This document shows, piece after piece, positions 19,666-28,053 of a stretch of DNA of 64,000 nucleotides; the stretch's first letter is position 1; the number at the start of each line of letters is the position of its first letter. Source of the stretch: Candidatus Dojkabacteria bacterium (GTDB lineage: Bacteria > Patescibacteriota > Dojkabacteria > J137); the NCBI GenBank assembly GCA_041750555.1, contig JBGSZB010000011.1, positions 588-64,587 on the forward strand. Reading direction: 5' to 3'. Under the pieces are notes generated by a model. That model searched no databases, was not told where the DNA came from, and was given only the letters and a program-made list of their open reading frames with translations. The position numbers were made by a program, and so were the translations under genes.

Positions 19666-20004
19666 TTAAATAATTGATAGAGCAATTAATATTAAAGGAA
19701 TACCTAAAAATATACAGAAGAAAACAATAAAAAATATTAAGGCATAAATCCACCTTTTATCCATTCTTTTACTAAAGGAATTAAACTCATCAATATTTAC
19801 CCAATACTTGTTATTCTCAAACTTAATATATGGATAAGTATTAAAGTATAAATTATCTACAGGACTTGAATCACTTAATAAATCTAAATACTCTTTAGGT
19901 AACTCAATAGCACTCTCCTTACTTACTGCATTTTGTGAAGTTAAATAGTCTTTAACTTGTAGCCCTAACATTCTTTTAGAATATACCCTGTTACTAAACC
20001 ACAT
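19666..20004 (-). CDS. Hypothetical protein with C-terminal TM, paralog of 19139-19489
   Basis: YLTSQNAVSKESA...PYIKFENNKYWVNIDEF followed by a hydrophobic tail. Confidence 0.7.
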   Translation of the reverse strand: MWFSNRVYSKRMLGLQVKDYLTSQNAVSKESAIELPKEYLDLLSDSSPVDNLYFNTYPYIKFENNKYWVNIDEFNSFSKRMDKRWIYALIFFIVFFCIFLGIPLILIALSII

Positions 20005-20024
20005 AAAAGTATAAATAATAAATA

Positions 20025-21083
20025 TTATTTCTCTCTAAACTTATACATTGGTAATGGCTTTTCACCCACCTCAATTCTATAACTATGAAACTTAAGTGTT
20101 GGATGATTAATTAAAATATCGTAACTACCATTTTTTAATTCACCACTGTATTCAAACTTACCATTATCTAATACTTTAAACTTAACTTCTGATTTATCAC
20201 TCTCACTAATTAAAAGAACTTCACAATTACCTACAGGATTATTACTCTTATCTACAACTATACCTTTAATAACTTTAGGAGATTTAACTATGGGAACACC
20301 TAATTTAACATTTACATCACTTTGTGATTGTTGAACCATGTCTTTTCCTTGATTACCTTCATTTACCTTAACATCATTACTCTCTTTAGATGCTTTAATC
20401 TCATGATACAAATCATTCATCTTCCCCATTAATTCTTCTCTAACACCTGGATCTGTAGTTTTTGAAAATTCAAACTTTAATTTCTCAAATTCAGATTTGT
20501 AATCTCTAGTTTCACTTAAATTACTAACTTCATTACTAGGTTGTGTTAATGGATTAGTAGGTAAACTAACTTCATTAAATATACTTTCAAATTTATCATC
20601 AAAGTTTTTAGCCCTTAATTTATCTCCTTCTAAAAAGTCTTCTGCTAAAGATTCCTCATTATCTAATCCTCCTAAATCATTTTCTGCAGTAGTATCCATA
20701 ATACTATCTAGTGCATATTTCTTTTTATTTTTTAAACTAGACACTTTTTCATACTTAGGTACTTTTTTAATATCTTCACTAGTTTTTAAAATATCTGGAG
20801 TTGCCTTTTCTTTAACCCATACATATCTTGGTGCTACTATTAAAGCTTTAATAAAGCCTCCAAACCAAGTACCGAAGTTTGGAATAATTGCCATTAAAAG
20901 ACCAACTGCTATCGCTATAAATATTAGAGGTACTTTAACTATTAAAGGTATTAGAGGAATAAAATATACACCTACACCAACTAAACAACCTATTAATATC
21001 TTACCGAATTGTTTAAGTGTAAAAGCACCAAACAATTTAAATTCTACATCTATAATGTTTTGAGGTACTGGATGTGGTTCCAT
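20025..21083 (-). CDS. PrgI family protein with C-terminal carboxypeptidase-regulatory-like domain
   Basis: HPVPQNI.DVEFKLFGAFTLKQF N-terminus, two TMs, C-terminal IKGIVVD...PV...V...NGKF beta-sandwich. Confidence 0.8.
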   Translation of the reverse strand: MEPHPVPQNIIDVEFKLFGAFTLKQFGKILIGCLVGVGVYFIPLIPLIVKVPLIFIAIAVGLLMAIIPNFGTWFGGFIKALIVAPRYVWVKEKATPDILKTSEDIKKVPKYEKVSSLKNKKKYALDSIMDTTAENDLGGLDNEESLAEDFLEGDKLRAKNFDDKFESIFNEVSLPTNPLTQPSNEVSNLSETRDYKSEFEKLKFEFSKTTDPGVREELMGKMNDLYHEIKASKESNDVKVNEGNQGKDMVQQSQSDVNVKLGVPIVKSPKVIKGIVVDKSNNPVGNCEVLLISESDKSEVKFKVLDNGKFEYSGELKNGSYDILINHPTLKFHSYRIEVGEKPLPMYKFREK

Positions 21084-21140
21084 AAATATACTTTAACACT
21101 ATAGTTTATATTTTATATTACTTTGGGTCAATTATTGATA

Positions 21141-21896
21141 TTAATTACGTATATCTAGGTTAGAAATAACTTTTAATAATTCGTTATTTAATTTATCTCT
21201 CTTTTCTAAATCACCACATACGTAAGTTAATAAATATTTATTACCTGGGAGTTCAATTACTGAGAAATATCCAAACAGATTAATATTTCTTTTACTTGAA
21301 TTAACTCTATCTTTATTTAAAAGATTAGGATTAATTTTAACCTTATTGTATATACAAGCTACAATTGAAGAGAAGTAATGAATTAATTTAATATCAAATT
21401 TATTGTATTTACTATCATCTATTTGTGTTGCCATTTCCCCATAGTAAATAACTTGATTGAATCCCTTTATTGATTCTTGAGAAACCTTTTTTAAAGATTT
21501 TATATTAAGTTGTGTTAAAGGCTTTCTAACCCCATATGATAATAACCAATAATTTTGATCTAATAGCGCACTATTACTTAGTAATATTACTTTTTCTAAC
21601 TCAGCTAAGCCTTTAAAATTTAAAAAACTTGTTAAATGATAAGTTCCAATCCACGATTGAAACCATATACTTTTATCATTAAATCTCTTTGAAAAACCAT
21701 TTTCTAACTTTGGTATTAAACATTTATTGTATCCTAAAAAACCTCTTTTAATCCAAAAAAGATCCATATGTAATAAAAGGAATATCTTTGAGTAACTTTC
21801 AGGTAGATATCTATATTTAATATCGTATCTCCATAAAGTTTCTCTTAACTTTATGGTTAGAAAATAAATATATGATAAAAATTTTATTACTATCAT
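21141..21896 (-). CDS. Hypothetical protein
   Basis: 251-aa ORF whose start overlaps the stop of the upstream gene by 1 bp. Confidence 0.6.
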   Translation of the reverse strand: MIVIKFLSYIYFLTIKLRETLWRYDIKYRYLPESYSKIFLLLHMDLFWIKRGFLGYNKCLIPKLENGFSKRFNDKSIWFQSWIGTYHLTSFLNFKGLAELEKVILLSNSALLDQNYWLLSYGVRKPLTQLNIKSLKKVSQESIKGFNQVIYYGEMATQIDDSKYNKFDIKLIHYFSSIVACIYNKVKINPNLLNKDRVNSSKRNINLFGYFSVIELPGNKYLLTYVCGDLEKRDKLNNELLKVISNLDIRN

Positions 21897-22159
21897 TAAA
21901 CTTTATATGGCTCTATCATAGAATATCTACTACCGTGTTCCTCTACAAACTCTGTAGTCATATCTGTACCACAATTAAACATATCTCCACCTGTATGAGT
22001 ATTTCTTAATTGAGTAACATCATAACTATCACCACTAACAGTTATTAAACATCTGGAATCTAAAAGAAGAGCATTTTGATTATTTAAAACTACAAAAGAC
22101 ACTACCCCTATTACAACTATTAATACACCTAAACCTAAGATAACTAACTTAGTATTCAT
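21896..22159 (-). CDS. Membrane-anchored cytochrome b5-like heme-binding protein
   Basis: CLITVSGDSYDVT...HTGG...CGTDMT.EF...H; both axial His positions present; N-terminal TM. Confidence 0.8.
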   Translation of the reverse strand: MNTKLVILGLGVLIVVIGVVSFVVLNNQNALLLDSRCLITVSGDSYDVTQLRNTHTGGDMFNCGTDMTTEFVEEHGSRYSMIEPYKV

Positions 22160-22201
22160 AGACTACTATTAAAAGATATATATAATGATATATTAAAATT
22201 A

Positions 22202-22867
22202 CTATGAAGACAAAGTGAAGTCATTATCTTTAAAGCTGTAAAAGCCATTTGTAGACACAATTACATGATCAAGTAGTTTAATACCTAATATCTCACCTGC
22301 TTTTACTAAAGTTTTAGTCATCTCACAATCTTCCCTTGATGGCTCATAATCTCCAGAAGGATGGTTATGAGAGATAATAATAGCAGTTGCATTACTTTTA
22401 ATAGCAAGTTCATATACTTCTCTTGGATGAAGCATTGCTTCATTAACAGTACCAATAGATACTAACTCTTTAGAGATTAAAATATTCCTAGAGTTTAATA
22501 TGAAAACAATTAAACATTCCTTTTTAGAAGATAGGTACTCACTCATTAAAGTATAAACCTCTTTAGGAGTTAAAATCTCAGGCTTTTGTGTTAAATTTAA
22601 CCTTTTAATAAGTTCAATTGAGGAGATAATTTGAGAAGCCTTAGTTATACCAATACCCTTAATATCAGTTAAATCACTTATAGTTATAGAATTAATTCCT
22701 TTTTTAAGTATTAAATTTAAAACTTTTTTAGAAAGATTAACAACGTTTTCTCCTTTTCTACCTGTTCTAATAATTAAACTTAAAAGTTCATCATCACTTA
22801 ATTTGGATAAACCATATTTAATTAATTTTTCTCTTGGATATTCTATCCTATTTAAATCTCTTAACAT
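22202..22867 (-). CDS. radC: RadC/UPF0758 JAB-domain protein
   Basis: PREKL...LSDDELL, GIGITKA, HPREV, HNHPSGD..PS.ED, LLDHVIV. Confidence 0.94.
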   Translation of the reverse strand: MLRDLNRIEYPREKLIKYGLSKLSDDELLSLIIRTGRKGENVVNLSKKVLNLILKKGINSITISDLTDIKGIGITKASQIISSIELIKRLNLTQKPEILTPKEVYTLMSEYLSSKKECLIVFILNSRNILISKELVSIGTVNEAMLHPREVYELAIKSNATAIIISHNHPSGDYEPSREDCEMTKTLVKAGEILGIKLLDHVIVSTNGFYSFKDNDFTLSS

Positions 22868-22945
22868 TTAAATATATTAAGTGATTTAATTTACAAAGTT
22901 ATTACAGAAAAATATTTTAAGTATATAAATATTAAAGCAATTGAA

Positions 22946-23698
22946 TTATTCAAAAAGAATAAATAAATACATAACAGCTATACCAAGAATAAAACTTAAT
23001 ATCCTTAAGATATATTTAAAACTATTACTCTCCCTATGTATTTCTGGAACTAAATTTACTAATGCAATATATATAAATTGACCAGCTGCGAATGGTATTA
23101 AAAATGTTGATACACCATCAACTAATTCGTTAAGTAAAAATGTTATTACTACACCTATCATTGCCGTTAAACCAACTAAGAGATTTGCAATTAATACCTT
23201 TTTCTTATCCCACCCGCTATATATTAAAATACCTGCATCTGCTAATTCTTGAGGTATTTCATGCAATACTACAGCAATAGTTGTAGCTACTCCAACTGCA
23301 GGACTTACAATAAAAGATGTAGCAATTGCTATTCCATCTAAAATATTATGTACACTATCTCCTACTAAATTAATTTTAGCTAATTTCTTATTATGTTTAT
23401 GAGTAGTATGATCATCTTCTAATTCATGATGATGTTGATGAATAGTTGATTCAACAATTAACATAAATATTATTCCTAAGAATAAAGAAATCATAATATC
23501 TATACTAAATCCAAATTCTTCTATAGATTCCCCTAATAAATGAAAGAATGAATCTCCAAGTAATGTACCTGCTGCAAATGAAACTAATAGAGATATTATT
23601 AAAGATTTAGAACTAATCTTTCTAAAAAATAACAGAACTCCAATTAATGATATAAGACTAACTATTAGTGAAGCTAATAAACTATTTAGTAATTCCAT
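22946..23698 (-). CDS. ZIP family metal (Zn) transporter
   Basis: SFAAGTLLGDSFFHLL, His-rich loop HQHHHELEDDHTTHKH, GDSVHNILDG, LHEIPQE, LVPE. Confidence 0.93.
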   Translation of the reverse strand: MELLNSLLASLIVSLISLIGVLLFFRKISSKSLIISLLVSFAAGTLLGDSFFHLLGESIEEFGFSIDIMISLFLGIIFMLIVESTIHQHHHELEDDHTTHKHNKKLAKINLVGDSVHNILDGIAIATSFIVSPAVGVATTIAVVLHEIPQELADAGILIYSGWDKKKVLIANLLVGLTAMIGVVITFLLNELVDGVSTFLIPFAAGQFIYIALVNLVPEIHRESNSFKYILRILSFILGIAVMYLFILFE

Positions 23699-23714
23699 AA
23701 ATGACTATTAAAAT

Positions 23715-24218
23715 TTAAAATATTTGCTTAATTAAATGAATTGTTTGAAATTCATCTTTTGATTCGTAGACTATTTCAAATCCCATTGAAACCCAGTATT
23801 CTAATGAACCAGGAATATTCCTTTGGGTATGTAAGTATATATAACTGTATCCTTTTCTTTTTGCGAATGACTCAATTTTTTTAAACATCTTTCTTCCTAA
23901 ACCTTTTCGCCTTAAAGATTTTAGAATATAATGTCTCCACAACGAAATAGTACTATCTCCGTTAAACACTTCTGGATCTAAAAATTCATAGTTTCTATCA
24001 TATGGTCTAGCTGCAATTGTACCAACTATAGTATTTTTATCTTTTAATACTAAAAATAGTTTTTTTTCACCTATGTAGAAGTTATTAACATCATCGATAT
24101 CTTTATGCCAGACAGGATTATATTTATATCCAAAGTCAGCTTCTAAAACACCGAAAATAAAATTTCTTACTTGTGGAATATCAAATTCTTCTAATTTTAC
24201 AATTTTTAGCTTATTCAT
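23715..24218 (-). CDS. GNAT family N-acetyltransferase
   Basis: IVGTIA; LRRKGLGRKM acetyl-CoA motif A; YLHT...YWVSMGF. Confidence 0.9.
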   Translation of the reverse strand: MNKLKIVKLEEFDIPQVRNFIFGVLEADFGYKYNPVWHKDIDDVNNFYIGEKKLFLVLKDKNTIVGTIAARPYDRNYEFLDPEVFNGDSTISLWRHYILKSLRRKGLGRKMFKKIESFAKRKGYSYIYLHTQRNIPGSLEYWVSMGFEIVYESKDEFQTIHLIKQIF

Positions 24219-24972
24219 TTCTTAAGATAACTGCTGAATTAACTACATCATTAAAAGGATCAACTCTAAGTATTGGCTTAAAGATTTTGAATATTGAACT
24301 ACTTAAAGGCCTATATAATATTCTCCTATTACCCCAGCTAGATCTAGCAACTATATGTGTTCCCGACTTAGAGGTAGCTTTAATTCTTAAGAAAATCTTT
24401 CTTTTTGTTGAAGAATTTAAGCCTGCCAATGCTGCAACAAATACTGTATTGTAATCTTTATAGTTAAATCTTTCACCACTTGATTTAATAATTTTAATAC
24501 TACTATCTAAATCTAGCTGTTTAATTAACTTTTCGGATAGGTTAACAGCATCCTCGTCCATGTCTATAATTGTTGATTTGATATTATGATAAAGAGATAG
24601 AACAATTGCAGTCATGGGGAGTGGACCACCTCCGATAAATACAACTTCATGATTATCATGTTTAGAGCACCCCATTAAAGTAAATATTTCTAATTTTGTT
24701 AAATCAATATAATTCTTTATATAAGGGAATTTTTTAAACTCTTCTATTGAGTTATTAGAGGAAATTATTCTAAGTGACCAATATTTTTCAAGCTCATATT
24801 CTGCCTTTGCAGATAGAATCTGCAATCTTGATATTTCATACCTTGTCAGCTTAGCATCTAAAGAATACTTAACCGATTTTTCTACAAGTTGAGTAAATAA
24901 TTCGTTTACTTCAGTGCTTGGAGTAAAATCCTTCAATTCCTCAATCTTTTTATATAATTCTCTTATTGTCAT
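24211..24972 (-). CDS. Nicotianamine synthase family protein (NAS/CntL-like)
   Basis: P...VNELFTQLV, AEYELEKYW, FPYIKNYIDLTKLE, FIGGGPLPMT, VFVAAL, RSSWGNRRILY, DVVNSAVI all correspond to plant/fungal/archaeal NAS motifs. Confidence 0.9.
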   Translation of the reverse strand: MTIRELYKKIEELKDFTPSTEVNELFTQLVEKSVKYSLDAKLTRYEISRLQILSAKAEYELEKYWSLRIISSNNSIEEFKKFPYIKNYIDLTKLEIFTLMGCSKHDNHEVVFIGGGPLPMTAIVLSLYHNIKSTIIDMDEDAVNLSEKLIKQLDLDSSIKIIKSSGERFNYKDYNTVFVAALAGLNSSTKRKIFLRIKATSKSGTHIVARSSWGNRRILYRPLSSSIFKIFKPILRVDPFNDVVNSAVILRNE

Positions 24973-24974
24973 AT

Positions 24975-25328
24975 TTATTTACAATCTCTACATTTACCAC
25001 TTAAATTTAATTCAATATTAGAAAACGATATTTCTTTAGGCAATATTTTTTTTAACTTTTTAATATCAACATCAACTGGTATAACTTTTTCACAATTTTT
25101 ACATATAAAGTGTTGATGATAATCTCCCTCTATATTTAATTCAAATGAGGATATACCTTTTTTAATATTTACCTCTCTTAATATTCCAAGGCTTGTTAAT
25201 AGTGTTAAATTTCTATATATTGTTACTTTATCAATTTGAGGTAGTTTATTAATTACATCATTAGCAGTTAATAGAGATCTATCTTTAAATAACTTTAATA
25301 TTAAATCTCTTTTTGTTGAATGTTTCAT
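24975..25328 (-). CDS. Fur-family metalloregulator, probably Zur
   Basis: TIYRNLTLL helix-turn-helix, HQHFICKNC, GKCRDC. ATG at 25328 preferred over TTG at 25337. Confidence 0.9.
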   Translation of the reverse strand: MKHSTKRDLILKLFKDRSLLTANDVINKLPQIDKVTIYRNLTLLTSLGILREVNIKKGISSFELNIEGDYHQHFICKNCEKVIPVDVDIKKLKKILPKEISFSNIELNLSGKCRDCK

Positions 25329-25332
25329 AAAA

Positions 25333-25378
25333 TGCAATTAAGTTGCGAAATTATATTGCAACTAAGTTGCATTGTCAA
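25333..25378 (-). promoter_or_regulatory. Consensus promoter with two Fur/Zur-type operator palindromes
   Basis: TTGACA (25378-73), 17 bp, TATAAT (25355-50). TGCAAC-TAA-GTTGCA (25357-71) lies in the spacer and TGCAAT-TAA-GTTGCG (25333-47) lies over the predicted TSS. Confidence 0.85.
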
Positions 25379-25423
25379 ACACTAATTAAATTTAGGTGGT
25401 ATTTATAGATGTTTAATTATTGG

Positions 25424-25990
25424 TTAATTATTCTTTAATTGTTCAATAATATGTTCTGGGAAGTTATCTCTATTTAAAATATTTTTAAATGAAGATATTT
25501 TAATTAAAGCTTCATCATAACTAGTTAATAAATCATAATCTCTACCTTGTACTAAACCAAAGTAACCTCGACTTACAAGTGATAAAAACTTAGTATATAG
25601 TCTTGGCAATATTCCAATTGTAGGTCCAAATACCATCTCTTCATTTTGTGCCATTCCTAATTTATATCTCATAAATAATCTAAAAGCTTTTAAATCTGGA
25701 GTAAAGTTAGTTCCTTTTCTCATTTCAATTACTAAATGAAATATACTATTAGTGTAACTATATTTAGGATTATTTTGTATAAAGTCTTTAATTGATAATG
25801 TTTGTTGATTTAATAAAAATTCTAAATCATGAAGTTTTAATCTGTTATTAAATATTATCCTTGTAATTATCTTATTCTTTTTTAAATCTTTATCGTATTT
25901 AAAAAAAAATGTAGAGATTAAAAGTGATCTCTTGTTATTAATTTTGACGACCTTGTAATCTTTTTCTTCAGGCATAAAATTAAACTTCAA
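25424..25990 (-). CDS. Hypothetical protein
   Basis: 188-aa ORF (TTG start; alternative ATG at 25975); no recognised motif. Confidence 0.6.
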   Translation of the reverse strand: MKFNFMPEEKDYKVVKINNKRSLLISTFFFKYDKDLKKNKIITRIIFNNRLKLHDLEFLLNQQTLSIKDFIQNNPKYSYTNSIFHLVIEMRKGTNFTPDLKAFRLFMRYKLGMAQNEEMVFGPTIGILPRLYTKFLSLVSRGYFGLVQGRDYDLLTSYDEALIKISSFKNILNRDNFPEHIIEQLKNN

Positions 25991-26088
25991 TATATTTATT
26001 ATATATCATTGTGTGTATTTATTTAAAGATATGATTGAACTTTAGTACAAAAGTAATAATATATTTATATAATTATTATTTTCATTCT

Positions 26089-26325
26089 ATGTCATACTTA
26101 AACACACTAAAGGTTATTTTAGTTATATCTATAGCAGGAATACTGTTTTCTGGTTACTTATCTTATTATGAGCTCTTTTCTGTAAATGGTTGTAGCGATG
26201 CAATAATATCTTGTGGGACAAAGAATGTAACTATTGCAAATTTACCAGCATGCGTTTATGGTTTTGTAATGTATTTAATAGTGTTTATTCTTTCACTAAC
26301 TAGTTTATTAAAGAATAGGAAGTAA
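26089..26325 (+). CDS. Small VKOR-like membrane protein (N-terminal half only)
   Basis: G...SGYLSYYEL...C......C....IANLPACVYGFVMY. ATG at 26089 preferred over TTG at 26035. Confidence 0.6.
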   Translation: MSYLNTLKVILVISIAGILFSGYLSYYELFSVNGCSDAIISCGTKNVTIANLPACVYGFVMYLIVFILSLTSLLKNRK

Positions 26326-26350
26326 TAAAGATTTTAGTCAAAATTCTTAG

Positions 26351-26668
26351 TTAGGATTCTTCTTGAACTTTTAAATACAATACGTCTAGAGTGAGACAAT
26401 GTGGTTTACCAAAAGGTTTAGGGATTTCATGGGTATATACTCCCATACTAAGAACCCCTCTTGCAATTAATTCATCAATTAATCTAAGTACTCTTCCCTC
26501 ACTTAAGAATCTATTTTTAACACACTCAACAATTAACCAACTCTTAGTAACATAGTTTAAACCAGTAGAAGATGTATATGGAATAATTACCTCATTTAAT
26601 AAAAAGGAGATATCTCTTTCAATATCACTTTCTCTTCTCTCTATATATTTATCTATAATATTAGTCAT
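26351..26668 (-). CDS. Hypothetical protein, possible winged helix
   Basis: VTKSWLI...LSEGRVLRLIDELIARGVL pattern; 4-bp overlap with the upstream gene. Confidence 0.55.
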   Translation of the reverse strand: MTNIIDKYIERRESDIERDISFLLNEVIIPYTSSTGLNYVTKSWLIVECVKNRFLSEGRVLRLIDELIARGVLSMGVYTHEIPKPFGKPHCLTLDVLYLKVQEES

Positions 26669-27801
26669 ACTTCACAAAATAATGGGTGTTGATAAATAAA
26701 ATTTACTAATTCTACATCAATATTTGGATTATATACCCCTGAAACATCTTTACCACTTTTTAATCTATTATAGTAATCTCTACTGTTATTCATAATATCC
26801 ATAAGTAATGATAAACATTTTATTGCTTCAAATTGATCTACAAATACAGGTATTGGTTTTACTTCATTACCTATAAAGTATCTATAAGTTACATTAGATT
26901 CATTTTCATTTACTGGTAAGTGAGCTAATAAATCAAAAATATCATTAACTTCAATTTTAATATATTGTGCTTTACCCACTTTAATATTTTTCCTTAAAGA
27001 TAATATTTTTGTAACTATAGTTAATAGTACTATCTGTAATTTTTCATATATATTAAACTCTTTTGGATTAGTAAATTTATCATCTATACATTTAGAAGTT
27101 TTATCTCTATCAAGTTCTTTAGAATGTATAAAGCTATCTAATCTAATATATATTCTTAATTCCTTACCTCCAACACATAAATGAAGTATTACAGGCATTT
27201 CTAAATGAACATCACAACCAGATAATTCTTCTAATATTGCAGATCTATCTTCTACCTTTTTTAACAAAGATCTTTCTCTTAAACCCCTACGGGCAGTTTT
27301 CCACATCTCTTTTAATTTATCTAGCGATATTTCATTAGTTATGAAACTAGTTTGTCCATTAGCATTTAAATGATTACTAAACTCATTTAATCTAAACCAT
27401 TCTTCAAAAGCTATCTCTACTAAATCAGAAACTCTGGTATCAGGATTTTGTATTAGTGGTAAATATATACTCACGAATTCTTTAAAAAACTTTTTTAATT
27501 TATCATCATAAATTGGTATATCCTTTAGGGGATATTTGTAATCACCCCTATTTTTAATTAAAAACAATACTTTATACAGATAAAGTAACATATGACCCTG
27601 TACACCTCTAAAGGATCCATATAGTTTTTCAATATCATCTTCAGTTAAAAGAGATCTCTCTATTCCTTCATCTAATTCTCTAATAGCTTCAATACTACTT
27701 AAAGATATTAGAACAGATTTATCTCTTAGTGTTTCAACGCTAGTTACCTCATCTACTCTAGAAAATAGTGAGGATTGTCTTGTATATAATAGATGTGCCA
27801 T
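26665..27801 (-). CDS. Divergent PD-(D/E)xK nuclease-like protein
   Basis: HLEMP...IYIRLD...CIDDKF...KLQ follows the motif order of the RecB-like family. Confidence 0.55.
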   Translation of the reverse strand: MAHLLYTRQSSLFSRVDEVTSVETLRDKSVLISLSSIEAIRELDEGIERSLLTEDDIEKLYGSFRGVQGHMLLYLYKVLFLIKNRGDYKYPLKDIPIYDDKLKKFFKEFVSIYLPLIQNPDTRVSDLVEIAFEEWFRLNEFSNHLNANGQTSFITNEISLDKLKEMWKTARRGLRERSLLKKVEDRSAILEELSGCDVHLEMPVILHLCVGGKELRIYIRLDSFIHSKELDRDKTSKCIDDKFTNPKEFNIYEKLQIVLLTIVTKILSLRKNIKVGKAQYIKIEVNDIFDLLAHLPVNENESNVTYRYFIGNEVKPIPVFVDQFEAIKCLSLLMDIMNNSRDYYNRLKSGKDVSGVYNPNIDVELVNFIYQHPLFCEV

Positions 27802-27830
27802 AAAAAAAAGAGGCTTTAAGCCTCTCTTTT
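27802..27830 (-). terminator. Intrinsic terminator abutting the ATG at 27801
   Basis: Minus strand AGAGGC-TTAAA-GCCTCT followed by a T run, then ATG. Confidence 0.75.
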
Positions 27831-27928
27831 AAAAGTTAATTAAATAAACAATGCTGTTCAATAGTTAAATGTAACCAAATCAAGTTAGTCCTCTTACTAG
27901 TATTTATCAAACCCTATAGGAAATTTAA

Positions 27929-28005
27929 TGGCGGGATGGAAGGGGATCGAACCCTCAACCTTTCGCGTGACAGGCGAATGCTCTAACCAGTTGAGCTACC
28001 ACCCC
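27929..28005 (-). tRNA. tRNA-Asp(GTC)
   Basis: GGGGTGG/CCATCCC acceptor stem, TTCGC-CT GTC AC-GCGAA anticodon arm, encoded CCA. Confidence 0.97.
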
Positions 28006-28053
28006 ATTAACTGGGTAAATGAATTTTACCAAAAAGAAGTTGTTCTTACTACA

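Noticed and set aside
3491-22867. Prophage or ICE suggested by the holin-like, PrgI and radC genes
   Set aside because: These genes are scattered among housekeeping genes, with no integrase, relaxase, structural genes or att pair.
26665-27801. Cas4 or CRISPR adaptation gene
   Set aside because: No four-Cys Fe-S pattern, and no cas1/cas2 or array nearby.
27831-27928. Known riboswitch between tRNA-Asp and the terminator
   Set aside because: No recognisable aptamer consensus by eye; an Rfam search would be needed.
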